Assembly: GCA_965228895.1 (NCBI GenBank)
Contig: OZ245842.1
Span: forward strand, 3,296,001 to 3,360,000
Direction: 5' to 3'
Origin: Alphaproteobacteria bacterium
GTDB lineage: Bacteria; Pseudomonadota; Alphaproteobacteria; SP197
DNA length: 64,000 nucleotides
A program made the position numbers and the translations under genes. Below are positions 46,249-56,585 of the stretch, piece after piece. The notes under the pieces were generated by a model. That model saw only the letters and a list, made by a program, of their open reading frames with translations. It was not told the origin of the DNA and searched no databases. Each line of letters begins with the position of its first letter. Position 1 is the first letter of the stretch.

Positions 46249-46818
46249 ATGATGTTCAGACGAACCATGACCACCATACTTGCGGCGCTGATTGGCCTCA
46301 GCGTCGCCGGATCAGCGCTGGCGCAAGAGTCGGAGACGGAGGGCGGCAGCCTTCCGCCTCTCGAAGAGCGTTTGGAACGGTTGAACCAGGTCGGTAGCCA
46401 GGGTGGTGCCGGCGAAGACCTCGCGCTACCCGACCCTCCAGCCGCCGGTTTCGCTTCGGAGGAAACCGACGCGGCCTATCAAAGTGCGCTTCAGGCCTAC
46501 TACACCTATCGCGAAGCCGGTTACGCGCACCGGCTTGGTGTCTTCGAGTGGCAGGACGTGTCGTCGAAGATCATATTTGTCGTCGTGATCGTGCTGGTTT
46601 TTGCCGGCATTTACTTCGCCGCCATTCAGTTCCATGTCGGCTTGAGGCGCCGCGAACAAACAGGTGCGAAGGACGAGCCGGAGGCCACCGAGTTCGTGTT
46701 TTCGCTGAGCGAGTTCAAGGTCAAGTCGCCGGTGTTGGGCGTCATCGTGCTGACCATATCGCTCGCCTTCTTCTATCTCTATCTCGTCTACGTCTATCCG
46801 ATCGTGAACGTTTTCTAA
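46249..46818 (+). CDS. Hypothetical membrane protein (signal peptide + 2 TM)
   Basis: GIYFAAIQF, SPVLGVIVL..SLAFFYLYL.YVYPI. Confidence 0.7.
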   Translation: MMFRRTMTTILAALIGLSVAGSALAQESETEGGSLPPLEERLERLNQVGSQGGAGEDLALPDPPAAGFASEETDAAYQSALQAYYTYREAGYAHRLGVFEWQDVSSKIIFVVVIVLVFAGIYFAAIQFHVGLRRREQTGAKDEPEATEFVFSLSEFKVKSPVLGVIVLTISLAFFYLYLVYVYPIVNVF

Positions 46819-46951
46819 CGACACGGGCCCCCATGCGCGAAAGTTTGAATCGCGTTCAGACCCGCTGGCTACCTGGTCCTGGTCTCTGATTTCGTTGCCT
46901 CTACTCGTCGGACGTGCGAACTACAGGCGCGCATGTCAGGAGTTCTTTTTC

Positions 46952-47731
46952 GTGAGCCCAGCAAACTTTGATTCCTACGTCATCTGCACGTCACCACGCA
47001 GCGGCAGCACGCTTCTGTGCACGCTCCTGCGTGCAACGGGCGTTGCCGGTAACCCGGAGTCATACTTTCATAACCCCTCGCTCTCGGAGTGGCGGACCGA
47101 AGTCGGCCTACCGGCGGAATCTTCGGCGCCGGAACGGGAAGCCTTGCGTGAAGTCTTCCGCGCCGTCATCCAAGAGGGCAGCCTCGACACCGGCATATTC
47201 GGGCTGCGCCTGCAGCGTCACAGCTTCGACTATTTCACGCAGAAGCTTGCCGTCCTTTACCCCGAGCCCTCAACCGATCGTCAGCGGTTCGAAGCCGCTT
47301 TCGGGCGCACGCTGTTCCTGCACCTGACACGCGAGGACAAGGTCGAGCAGGCCGTTTCGTACATGAAAGCGCAGCAGTCGGGTTTGTGGCACCAGGCGCC
47401 CGACGGTTCCGAACTGGAACGCCTTTCACCGCCACAAGAGCTTCGCTACGACAGCAAACAGATTCAGGCGCAGATTGACGACATGCAAGCCATGGATGCC
47501 GCCTGGATCAACTGGTTTGCGCGGGAAAACATCGAGCCGCTGGGCGTGACCTATAAGGCGCTTTCCGCTGACCCCGCAGGCGTACTGCAAACCGTGCTGG
47601 CCCGTCTCGGTCTCGATCCCGACAAGGCCAGCGGCGCCGAACCCGGCGTTGCGAAGCTGTCTGATCAAACGAACCACGATTGGGTAACGCGCTTCCGCAC
47701 CGAACAGCCTGACAACGAGGCTCGTGATTAG
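46952..47731 (+). CDS. Stf0-family sulfotransferase
   Basis: PRSGSTLLC PAPS loop, GNPESYF, QAVS. Confidence 0.88.
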   Translation: MSPANFDSYVICTSPRSGSTLLCTLLRATGVAGNPESYFHNPSLSEWRTEVGLPAESSAPEREALREVFRAVIQEGSLDTGIFGLRLQRHSFDYFTQKLAVLYPEPSTDRQRFEAAFGRTLFLHLTREDKVEQAVSYMKAQQSGLWHQAPDGSELERLSPPQELRYDSKQIQAQIDDMQAMDAAWINWFARENIEPLGVTYKALSADPAGVLQTVLARLGLDPDKASGAEPGVAKLSDQTNHDWVTRFRTEQPDNEARD

Positions 47732-47879
47732 AAGGGCAGCTTCGATTCGATAGCCCGGCACCTCACAGCACCGTCAATTTTCCTACTATATTTCAAAGAC
47801 TTGCACGATGCTGCCAGCAGGGTGGCAGCAGGGTGTTGCTATCCCCACGCACCCCGCCACCCCGACAGAGGAAGCAGCC

Positions 47880-48488
47880 ATGATAACGCTCTATCACAAC
47901 CCCTATTCCCAGCATTGCCGTCGTGTCGTCGCGCTGATGGAAGAAGCCGGCCTCGACTACGAACTCGTTCATGTCGCCCTCGACAAGGGCGAACACTTTG
48001 GCGATGCCTTCACCGCCATCAACCCCAACCATCAGGTGCCCGCGCTGGTCGACGGTGACGTCACGATCTTCGAATCCAATGCGATCCTCAGGTACCTCTG
48101 CGCCAAGCACGGCCTGACCGATTGGTATCCCGACGACACCGCTCAACGCGCGGCGGTCGACCAGTGGCTCGACTGGAATCAGAGCCGCCTGTCGCCCAAT
48201 GTCATCAACATCGTGCTGAACAAGGTCTTCATGGGCGATCAAGGCGACAAGGCAGCAATCGCGCGCGGCGAACAGGCGATGCCTGAACTGGGCGCGATCC
48301 TGAACGCCGGCCTCAACGGCCACGACTACCTGGCGGGCGATCGGCCGACCATCGCCGACCTTTCGGTTGCCTCCAACATCGCGCAACTCGGTTTTGCCGA
48401 CGCGGTGCCCGACCAACCGAAACTCGGCCAATGGTACGCCCGCGTCAGCGCGCTGCCGGGATTCCAAAAATCGATGCCCAGCGCCTAA
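47880..48488 (+). CDS. Glutathione S-transferase
   Basis: INPNHQVPAL, FESNAILRYL, TIADL. Confidence 0.92.
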   Translation: MITLYHNPYSQHCRRVVALMEEAGLDYELVHVALDKGEHFGDAFTAINPNHQVPALVDGDVTIFESNAILRYLCAKHGLTDWYPDDTAQRAAVDQWLDWNQSRLSPNVINIVLNKVFMGDQGDKAAIARGEQAMPELGAILNAGLNGHDYLAGDRPTIADLSVASNIAQLGFADAVPDQPKLGQWYARVSALPGFQKSMPSA

Positions 48489-48540
48489 AGACCTTCGCGA
48501 TGGGGCCGGGCCGCAAAACGGTCCGGTCCAATTGCGTGCG

Positions 48541-49362
48541 CTACTGCAGCAAAACCATGGGACTGCCGACATCGACAACGCCGATACCGCGATGCGCCTT
48601 ATAGCCCAACAATTCCTGGACCCGCTCCGGCATCTCGCGCACTTTCTCGATCGGCACGGTCAGGAACGTGTTTTCTTCCGTGCGCAGCCAGCCGACGACG
48701 TAACCGAAAAACATGCCGCGCCGCCACTGGTCGGTCGTCGTGTTGGCGCCGCCGCCATGCACCGCGCAGCCCAGATAGAACAGCGCCGAGCCCGCATCCA
48801 TCTCGGCGCGCTGGATCTCGTGCGGCTCCGCCTCGCGCTCCGGCGGCCACAGGTGGCTGCCCGGCACGACCTGGGTCGCGCCGTTCTCGATCGTGAAGTC
48901 GGAAAGCGCGAACATCGCCTCGACCTGCAACAGCGGTTTCGGACCCTTCAACTCCTGCCAGGCGTCCTCATCGCGATGCAGCATCTGCGCGCTTTCGCCC
49001 GGCCCGATCTGGATCAACTGCGCGGTGTTCAGCAGATAATCCTCGCAGTTCGGCAGCAGAAGAATATCGGCGACTTCGGTCATCAACCGCGATTGCATCA
49101 TGTCGACAAAGGTCTTGGAGCGCGCCGGCAAGCCGTCCAGCCGGATCGTCTGGCTGCCGTAGAACTCGACGAAAAAATCCTCTGTGGGATTGCGCAGACC
49201 CGGCGCGGTCGCCGCGACCGCGTCGTCGAGGTCGCCGTTCAGGCTCGCCAGTTGCTCGGGCGTCAGCACGTCCTTCACGATGGCCGCGCCGTCACGCAGC
49301 AGAATCTCGGCAAGGTCAGCCGCCTCGATCGAACCGTCCACACGCTGCAGTTCTTGCGTCAT
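48541..49362 (-). CDS. Phytanoyl-CoA dioxygenase (PhyH) family
   Basis: Q.LHRD, ENGATQVVPGSH, HGGGAN. Confidence 0.9.
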   Translation of the reverse strand: MTQELQRVDGSIEAADLAEILLRDGAAIVKDVLTPEQLASLNGDLDDAVAATAPGLRNPTEDFFVEFYGSQTIRLDGLPARSKTFVDMMQSRLMTEVADILLLPNCEDYLLNTAQLIQIGPGESAQMLHRDEDAWQELKGPKPLLQVEAMFALSDFTIENGATQVVPGSHLWPPEREAEPHEIQRAEMDAGSALFYLGCAVHGGGANTTTDQWRRGMFFGYVVGWLRTEENTFLTVPIEKVREMPERVQELLGYKAHRGIGVVDVGSPMVLLQ

Positions 49363-49467
49363 GGCGCTTTCCTCCCTCTGCCCTGTCGGGCTTTGAAGTA
49401 TGATGAAGGCCCGGGGATCGTGCAACCAAGGCCAACGACGACGGGCCGATGACCAGGAGGAAGAAGC

Positions 49468-50190
49468 GTGCGCCGCGCTGACCGGCTGTTCCAGCTGATC
49501 CAGATCCTGAGAAGCGCCAGCGGGCCGCTCACCGGGCGCCAGCTCGCCGAGGAGTTGGAGACATCCCTGCGCACGGTCTATCGCGATATCGCCGATCTTC
49601 TAGCCCAGCGCGTGCCGATCCGTGGCGAGGCCGGTGTCGGCTATGTCCTGGAACCCGGCTACGACATGCCGCCCTTGATGCTGACGCCCGACGAGATCGA
49701 AGCCGCCGTGCTGGGCGCCCAATGGGTCGAAGAGCACGGCGATCCCGCCCTGGTGCGCGGCGCGCGCGATTTGATCGCCAAGATCAGCGATGTCGTGCCC
49801 GATCACCTGCGCCCGATGCTGGTGGATACGATCGTGACCGCGCCGGCGGCCCGAACGCCCGAACCCGACGCCCTCGATATGGAGCGCCTGCGCACCTACA
49901 TGCGCACCAAGGGCAAGATCAGGATCCGTTATCGCAACGGCGACGGCCACGAGTCCGAACGGGTGATCTGGCCGGTCGGTCTGGTCTACTTCGAGACCGT
50001 GCGCTTGATCGCGTCCTGGTGCGAATTGCGCGAGGACTTCCGCAATTTCCGCACCGACCGCATCACCGCCGCCACGTTCCTGGACGAGACCTATCCCGGC
50101 CGCATCGAGGATCTGCGCGCCGCCTGCCTGAAACACGAACTCAAGCGCCAGGCGGAAAAAGCCGCGGCTGACGAAGCCGCGCCACCGTGA
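49468..50190 (+). CDS. YafY family HTH-WYL regulator
   Basis: RRADRLFQ, SLRTVYRDI, WCELREDFRNFRTDRI. Confidence 0.92.
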   Translation: MRRADRLFQLIQILRSASGPLTGRQLAEELETSLRTVYRDIADLLAQRVPIRGEAGVGYVLEPGYDMPPLMLTPDEIEAAVLGAQWVEEHGDPALVRGARDLIAKISDVVPDHLRPMLVDTIVTAPAARTPEPDALDMERLRTYMRTKGKIRIRYRNGDGHESERVIWPVGLVYFETVRLIASWCELREDFRNFRTDRITAATFLDETYPGRIEDLRAACLKHELKRQAEKAAADEAAPP

Positions 50191-50231
50191 ACGCGTTGTC
50201 GTAGGCGGCCGCGTCGCGTACCCTCGCCACC

Positions 50232-52001
50232 ATGGATTCAAACGACAGAACCACCATCAGCGGTGTCGATCTCGCGCTGTTTCACCGGCGCATCGAGGGC
50301 ATCACCCGCAAGATGCAGAACACGCTGCTGCGCACCGCGCGCTCCGGCGTTATCAACACCGGCCGCGACTTCTCCTGCTGCATTCTGACCGCAGGATGCG
50401 AGCTTATGTCGGTCGCCGAGAGCCTGCCGATTCATGTCATGGCGGGACCGGACATGATGGCGCAATCCATGCTGGACCTGCATCCGGGCATCCGGCCAGG
50501 CGATGCTTTCCTGCATAATTCGCCTTATCACGGCTGTTCCCACGCGGCCGACCTGTCGGTGCTGGTGCCCGTGTTCGACCGCGACGGCGTCCATCGCTTC
50601 ACGGTGCTGGCCAAGGCGCACCAGGCCGATATCGGCAACGCGATCCCGACCACCTATCACGCCGCGGCCCGCGATGTTTATGAGGAAGGCGCGCTGATCT
50701 TTCCGGCGACCCAGGTGCAGTCGGACTATCGCGACATCGCCGACATCATCCGCCTGTGTGAAATGCGCATCCGTGTGCCCGAACAATGGCGCGGCGACTA
50801 TCTGGCCAGTCTCGGCGCGGCGCGGGCCGGCGAGCGTGAGCTCCAGGCGCTCACCGACGAGCTCGGCTGGGAGCGCTTTCAGGCGCTGATCACCGGCTGG
50901 TTCAACTACAGCGAACGGGTCATGGGCCAGGCGATCTCGCGGCTGCCCGCCGGCCGCGCCACCGGTTCGACCAGCCACGACGCTTTCCCCGGCACCGGCC
51001 CCAACGGCATCCCCATCAACGCCGAGATCGCCGTCGACCCGGCGAACGAGCTGATCGAGATCGACCTGACCGACAACATCGATTGCCTGCCCAACGGGCT
51101 TAACCTGAGCGAAGCCTGCGCGCGCACGGCCGCCATGGTCGGCACCTTCAACAGTCTCGGCCTCGATGTCCCGACCAACGCGGGCAGCTTCCGGCGCTTG
51201 CGCGTGCACCTGCGCGAAAACTGTGTCGTCGGCATCCCGCGCCACCCGACAAGCTGCTCGGTCGCGACCCAGAACGTCGCCGACCGGCTGACCAGCGCGG
51301 TGCAGCTCGCCTTCGCCAAACTGGGCGAAGGTTTCGGCCTGGCCGAGACCGGCGCGGTGCAGACGGCCGCCCAGGCGGTCGTCTCCGGCCGCGACCCCGC
51401 CCATGGCGACCGGCCCTATGTCGACCAGCTTATCCTGGGCGATACCCTGGGCGCCGCCGGTCCCGACGCCGACGGCTGGCTCGCCATGATCACCACCGGC
51501 ACCGCCGGCATGTCGTTTTACGACAGCGTCGAGGTCGACGAGCTACGCCACCCGATCCTGGTCCACCAGCGCCGCCTGATGCCCGACACCGAAGGCCCTG
51601 GCCGCCATCGCGGCGCACCCGCTTCATTGGTCGAGTTGGGCCCGCGCCTGGCGTCCATGGAGGTGCTCTACCAAAGCGACGGCACCCGCCATCCGCCCCA
51701 GGGCGCGCGCGGCGGCGGTCAGGGCGGCGCGGCGCAGAACTTCATCAAGCGCGCCGACGGCACCATCGAGGAAGCCGATGGGTGGGCCCGGGTCGTGTTG
51801 GAACCGGGCGACACGGTCACCGGCATTTCGTGCGGCGGCGGCGGTTACGGCCCACCCGAGAAACGCGATGCTGAGGCGGTCGCCGCCGACGTCATGGCCG
51901 GCCTCATCAGCAGGGAACGCGCTCAGGAAATCTACAAGGTCGCGACCGACGAAACCGGCCGGCTCTACGCCAAAGCGACCCAGAAGCTGCGCGAAAGCTA
52001 A
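50232..52001 (+). CDS. hyuB: Hydantoinase B / oxoprolinase family subunit
   Basis: DFSC, N.PY.G.SH..D, AH.ADIG, GGGGYGPP. Confidence 0.9.
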   Translation: MDSNDRTTISGVDLALFHRRIEGITRKMQNTLLRTARSGVINTGRDFSCCILTAGCELMSVAESLPIHVMAGPDMMAQSMLDLHPGIRPGDAFLHNSPYHGCSHAADLSVLVPVFDRDGVHRFTVLAKAHQADIGNAIPTTYHAAARDVYEEGALIFPATQVQSDYRDIADIIRLCEMRIRVPEQWRGDYLASLGAARAGERELQALTDELGWERFQALITGWFNYSERVMGQAISRLPAGRATGSTSHDAFPGTGPNGIPINAEIAVDPANELIEIDLTDNIDCLPNGLNLSEACARTAAMVGTFNSLGLDVPTNAGSFRRLRVHLRENCVVGIPRHPTSCSVATQNVADRLTSAVQLAFAKLGEGFGLAETGAVQTAAQAVVSGRDPAHGDRPYVDQLILGDTLGAAGPDADGWLAMITTGTAGMSFYDSVEVDELRHPILVHQRRLMPDTEGPGRHRGAPASLVELGPRLASMEVLYQSDGTRHPPQGARGGGQGGAAQNFIKRADGTIEEADGWARVVLEPGDTVTGISCGGGGYGPPEKRDAEAVAADVMAGLISRERAQEIYKVATDETGRLYAKATQKLRES

Positions 52002-52153
52002 CCGCGCCACGCTGTGCTCACGGCGTTGACACACGCGTGCCGTCGGGTGCACGGTTTTGACCCAAGCCAACTGGCACTTGGCAAACCGGACAGGGCCATC
52101 GTGCGCACGGCGTTTGTTGCGCCGCGTTCGTCAATGATGATCGGATAGGTGCC

Positions 52154-53161
52154 ATGGCTGAGCTTTCGCTTATCGATATCGAACCGCTGTTCGGCAACAG
52201 TGACACCAAGCGCCGGGAGACGGACCGGCGCATTCGCGACGCCGTCTTCGAGACGGGCGGCTTTGTCGTCGCCAACTATCCCGACGCCGACAAGGTCGAT
52301 GACCGCGCCCATACTATGCTGTCGTTCTTCGATTTGGCCGACGACCACAAGCGCTCGGTCGCCTCGCGCGTCATGGCGCCCGACAACGCGCGGATCTACC
52401 GCGGCTACATGGCGACGCTCGGCGCCATCAACGAGACCCAGCACGAGATCTACGATATCGGGCCGGACGATCCCGTCGGCGGGCCGCCGATTGCCGGCAT
52501 GCACATCCTGGCCGAAGAGAACATCTGGCCCGCCGTCGAGCCGACCGCCGGCTGGCAAGCGACCATGCGGGCCTACTACCGCCATATGGACGCAGTCGCC
52601 ATGGCGGTCATGCTCTCGGTCGGCCGGGCCGCCGGCTTCAGCGACGACGACCTCTTGGGTCGCTTTGACGGCGGCAACTCCACGCTGCGGCTTCTCAACT
52701 ATCCCGAACTGCCGTTGGACACCTTTGTCGCCGACGAAATGCCGGACGAACGCCACCCTGACGGCGAAGGCACGCCGCTGGCGTCGGGCCGCCATACGGA
52801 TGGCGCCGGCGTCTCGCTCCTGTGGCAGCGTCAGCCGGGCCTCCAGGCCCAGGCGCCGGACGGCACGTGGCGCGACGTGCCGCGCATCGAGAACTGCATC
52901 TCCGTTCATCTTGGCGACGTGTTGGAGACCATGACCGATGGCGAGGTTCCCGCCACGCCGCACCGGGTCGTCAACCTGGGGACTGCGCGCCAATCCGTAG
53001 GCTACTTTCTCGAGCCCGCGCTGTCGGCCCCGCTCTCACCGCTGGAGGCGGACGATGCCGCGGGCGACGCCCTGTCGGGGCGCGGCACCTATGGCTGGCA
53101 CCTCCTGCGGCGCCTGCACAACTACCCGCCTTACAAACATCTGGTACCCTGGCCGTCCTAG
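52154..53161 (+). CDS. Isopenicillin N synthase-like 2OG-Fe(II) oxygenase
   Basis: LRLLNYP, HTD, HRV, RQS. Confidence 0.88.
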   Translation: MAELSLIDIEPLFGNSDTKRRETDRRIRDAVFETGGFVVANYPDADKVDDRAHTMLSFFDLADDHKRSVASRVMAPDNARIYRGYMATLGAINETQHEIYDIGPDDPVGGPPIAGMHILAEENIWPAVEPTAGWQATMRAYYRHMDAVAMAVMLSVGRAAGFSDDDLLGRFDGGNSTLRLLNYPELPLDTFVADEMPDERHPDGEGTPLASGRHTDGAGVSLLWQRQPGLQAQAPDGTWRDVPRIENCISVHLGDVLETMTDGEVPATPHRVVNLGTARQSVGYFLEPALSAPLSPLEADDAAGDALSGRGTYGWHLLRRLHNYPPYKHLVPWPS

Positions 53162-53194
53162 AGCAGATCCCGCAGACGACGGAGAGGACAACCC

Positions 53195-53578
53195 ATGTTT
53201 TTGCCCATTATCCCCGACGGCGCGTCCAAACCCATCGCGCCCTATGTGCATGGCGCGAAGACCGGCGACACCGTCTATGTCTCCGGCACGCTGGCCATCG
53301 ACGGCGAGGGCAACAGTCTCCATATCGGCGATATCGACGCACAGACCCGCTACGTGCTCGATCAGGTGATCGCGGTCGTCGAGGCTGCCGGCGGCACCCG
53401 CGCCGACATCGCCTACAACATGATCTTCCTGAAGAACAAAACCGACTACGCCGCGTTCAATGCGATCTATGCGGAGTACTTCGGCGACAACCCGCCAGCG
53501 CGCTACTGCATCGTCTCCGAACTCGTGCGCGACGAGTTCCTGGTCGAGGTCGCTTCCGTCGCCTATCTGGGACGTTGA
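53195..53578 (+). CDS. RidA family protein (RutC-like)
   Basis: VYVSGTLA, AQTR.VL, PARYC. Confidence 0.88.
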   Translation: MFLPIIPDGASKPIAPYVHGAKTGDTVYVSGTLAIDGEGNSLHIGDIDAQTRYVLDQVIAVVEAAGGTRADIAYNMIFLKNKTDYAAFNAIYAEYFGDNPPARYCIVSELVRDEFLVEVASVAYLGR

Positions 53579-53709
53579 CGACACGAGGCGCTGGCAACCG
53601 GCTCTAATGACCATCAGCGCGCGTGAACCTGTCTGTCTGGATTACAACCGTCGCACGCATTAGGCTCTAACCGGACGAGGACGTTGTCTGCGACGGGGGG
53701 CGCCGTAGC

Positions 53710-55206
53710 GTGGATTACACGAACGTCAAGTCAGCCTGTATCATCGGCGCGGGCGTTGCGGGGCTGGCGGCCGCAAGCGCCCTTCGTCAGGTCGGTGTGA
53801 CATGCACGGTGATCGAACGCAACGACCGGTTGGGCGGCGTCTGGACCGACGGTTATCTCGACTACGGCCTGCAAGTACAGAAGGAACTCTATGAGTTCCC
53901 CGGCTTTGCCTTTCCCGCTGACGCCCCGCCGTTTCCACGTGGCGAAACCGTCCAACAATACCTGACGGATTTTGCGGAGTGCGCCTGTGTTCGTGACCTC
54001 ATCGCGTTCAACACGAGCGTCGAGGACATCAAGCCGCAAAGTGATAGTGCCGGTTGGCTGGTCACGATCGCCAGGGACGGCGAGGTGCGCCAAGAGCTCT
54101 TCGACCTCGTCGTCGTTTGCGTGGGCCTCTATTCAAACATACCCCATCAGCCGGACGTTCCCGGCAGCGACGATTTTAAGGGCGCGATCCATCACATTTC
54201 CGACCTCAAGAGCGCCGACCTGTTGGACGGAAAGCGTGTTGCCGTGGTGGGCTTCGGCAAGAGCGCGACCGACGCGGCACTCGCGGCAAGAAACCACGCC
54301 GACGAAGCCCATATTGTCGTGCGAAAGCTGCACTGGCCGGTGCCGCAGCGGCTTGCCGGGGTCCTGCCCTTCAAGTGGGGCCTCCTCAACCGTCTGACCG
54401 TGACCATGTCACCGCCTTACAAATCCCCGACACCGTTCCAGAAGGGCGTGCATTCCATCGGCAAACCGTCGGTCTGGCTTTACTGGCGCTCGGTCGAACT
54501 GCTCCTGTGTGTGCAGCTACAGCTGTGGTCGCGGTTCGGCACGCGCCAGAGCCTTGTGCCGGACGAACCCGCACATATCGGTGCGTTCAGTGAAGCGACC
54601 ATGGTTCCGCGTCCCGAGTTCTACCGGGCTGTGCGCCGCAACGAGATCCGCTTCCACAAAGGCACGATCGATCGGCTAAACCCGGACGGCGCCGTCCTGG
54701 ACGACGGATCCGTTCTTGACGTCGACACCATCATCTTCGGAACCGGGTGGCGCAGCGACTACCGCTTTCTGTCGCAGGATCTGCAGCGCACCATCGGTTT
54801 CGAAGACGACGGCATCTATCTCTACCGGCAGATGCTGCATCCCGACGTTCCCGGCTTGGCGTTCGTCGGCTATGCGTCGACGGTCTCGAACACGCTTGCT
54901 TATAGCGCCCAGGCCCACTGGCTCGCCGCCCTGATTGACGGGCGCCACAGTTTGCCGGATCGCGACAGCCAGCTTGACGAGATTGCGCTCATCAAGTCCT
55001 GGAAGCGCAGCTGGATGCCGTACAGTCACGCCCGCGCGGCGCGCTTGATCGTGCATCTGCAGCACTATCTCGATGAACTCATGACCGACCTCGGCCATGA
55101 TCCCCGGCGCAAGACCGGCATGTTCGCGCCACTTGCCGAGGTGTTCGCACCCTATCAGCCCAGCGACTACCGCGAGTTGGCAGTCGTTCAGCGCGACAAG
55201 ACCTAG
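53710..55206 (+). CDS. Flavin-containing monooxygenase (FMO family)
   Basis: GAGVAG, GGVW, FKGAIHH, GFGKSA, GTGW. Confidence 0.88.
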   Translation: MDYTNVKSACIIGAGVAGLAAASALRQVGVTCTVIERNDRLGGVWTDGYLDYGLQVQKELYEFPGFAFPADAPPFPRGETVQQYLTDFAECACVRDLIAFNTSVEDIKPQSDSAGWLVTIARDGEVRQELFDLVVVCVGLYSNIPHQPDVPGSDDFKGAIHHISDLKSADLLDGKRVAVVGFGKSATDAALAARNHADEAHIVVRKLHWPVPQRLAGVLPFKWGLLNRLTVTMSPPYKSPTPFQKGVHSIGKPSVWLYWRSVELLLCVQLQLWSRFGTRQSLVPDEPAHIGAFSEATMVPRPEFYRAVRRNEIRFHKGTIDRLNPDGAVLDDGSVLDVDTIIFGTGWRSDYRFLSQDLQRTIGFEDDGIYLYRQMLHPDVPGLAFVGYASTVSNTLAYSAQAHWLAALIDGRHSLPDRDSQLDEIALIKSWKRSWMPYSHARAARLIVHLQHYLDELMTDLGHDPRRKTGMFAPLAEVFAPYQPSDYRELAVVQRDKT

Positions 55207-55227
55207 GACGTCGTCGCCAAAGCGGCC

Positions 55228-55569
55228 TTAAACCTCCGTCATGAACCGCGAGCTTGACTGCAGGTAGCCCCCGTGATCGGGGTGGCGCGACCAGACGTCC
55301 TGCCAGACGTCGCTGGCGAAGGCCTTTTCGATCTCCCTATCGCGCGTCGCCTTGTCGGGCCAGCGGATGATCCAGGTGACGTTGGCTTCGCCGATCGGTG
55401 CACCGATCGGGTCAGTGCCGTCGATTTCTGGCGCGGCCTCGCCCGCCTCGACCCAGAAGCCGACGACATCGAACAGCTGGCGCAGAACCGGCACCGCCTC
55501 CTCGCCCCATTTCTTGTAGGCCTCATAGATGTCCGGCCGGATGTGATAGTCGCGGACCTCGTAGATCAT
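55228..55569 (-). CDS. NIPSNAP family protein
   Basis: MIYEVRDY, VGFW, WIIRW; RBS GGAGGAG. Confidence 0.8.
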   Translation of the reverse strand: MIYEVRDYHIRPDIYEAYKKWGEEAVPVLRQLFDVVGFWVEAGEAAPEIDGTDPIGAPIGEANVTWIIRWPDKATRDREIEKAFASDVWQDVWSRHPDHGGYLQSSSRFMTEV

Positions 55570-55591
55570 CGTCTCCTCCGGTACTTGATCG

Positions 55592-56374
55592 TCACGCCGG
55601 CTTGAACCCGCGCATATGGGCGGGACGCAGTTCGCCGCATTCGGCGGCGGCCTTCGCCGCGGCCCACATTTCGATGTAGTACTCACCATCGCCGGCGCCG
55701 CGCTTTTCCAGTTCGTCACGGCCCTTGCCGGTGAAGACGTCGTAGTCTTCGCTCAGAACATCGATCAGAAACGCGTTGCGGTCGCGCGTTGAGATGTCTT
55801 GGAAACCCGCCTTCTCCAAGGCGTCGACATAGAACGGCATCGAATGCATGCCGAACGTCAGGCCGACGGCGTTCAACCACCGTTGCATTTCCGGTCCCGG
55901 TGTTTTCTCGTCGCGCCGCGTCCAGTCGCTGGCGACAAACACACCGCCCGGCCGCAGCACGCGGTAGACGTCGGCAAACAGCGCATGTTTGTCCTCGATA
56001 TGGATCATCGCATCCTTGCTGAACACGACGTCGAAGCTTTCGTCGGCCAGCGGGAAGGGTCCGGGCTCGACAAGCTTGTAGCTGATCCGGTCCGCAAGGC
56101 CCTCGCGCTCGGCCCGCGCGATGCTGCGGTTCATCAGCGGCTGTTCGATATCGATCCCCAGCACACTGCCGGCGCCATAGTCCTTCACCAGAACGACATC
56201 GCACCCACCACAGCCCGAGCCGACATCCAGGACGTCCTTGCCGGTGATGTTGAGGCCATCGAGAAACAGCGCGATCTCTTCCTTGCCGCCCGGCGACAGA
56301 AATCCGTCGCCCCACACCATCTCCATCACATCCATAAAGCTTTCGGTGTATTCGACCTCGTGTTCGCTGCTCAT
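55592..56374 (-). CDS. SAM N-methyltransferase (phosphoethanolamine/sarcosine methyltransferase-like)
   Basis: WGDGFLSPGG, LDVGSGCGG, FDVVFSKDAMIHI. Confidence 0.85.
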   Translation of the reverse strand: MSSEHEVEYTESFMDVMEMVWGDGFLSPGGKEEIALFLDGLNITGKDVLDVGSGCGGCDVVLVKDYGAGSVLGIDIEQPLMNRSIARAEREGLADRISYKLVEPGPFPLADESFDVVFSKDAMIHIEDKHALFADVYRVLRPGGVFVASDWTRRDEKTPGPEMQRWLNAVGLTFGMHSMPFYVDALEKAGFQDISTRDRNAFLIDVLSEDYDVFTGKGRDELEKRGAGDGEYYIEMWAAAKAAAECGELRPAHMRGFKPA

Positions 56375-56585
56375 GGTTGCCCCCTTGTTGTCCACGCGTC
56401 TCGGTAATGATGGCAAAGCGCTCGACTCGACCGCTCGTCGACTTGATCGCGCCCGTTTTGTTGACCAGTCATTCAACGCAACATTTCTCGTCGGCGCAAC
56501 GATCGTGTTGCCGCCAGTTTGCTCTTTAGCATCCATATCTACAGTGTAAGATTACAGGTCTGCGACCACAGGCCGAGGCAAGCGT

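Noticed and set aside
49468-50190. WYL protein as a defence-island regulator
   Set aside because: YafY-type subfamily with metabolic neighbours, 7 kb from the NTase pair
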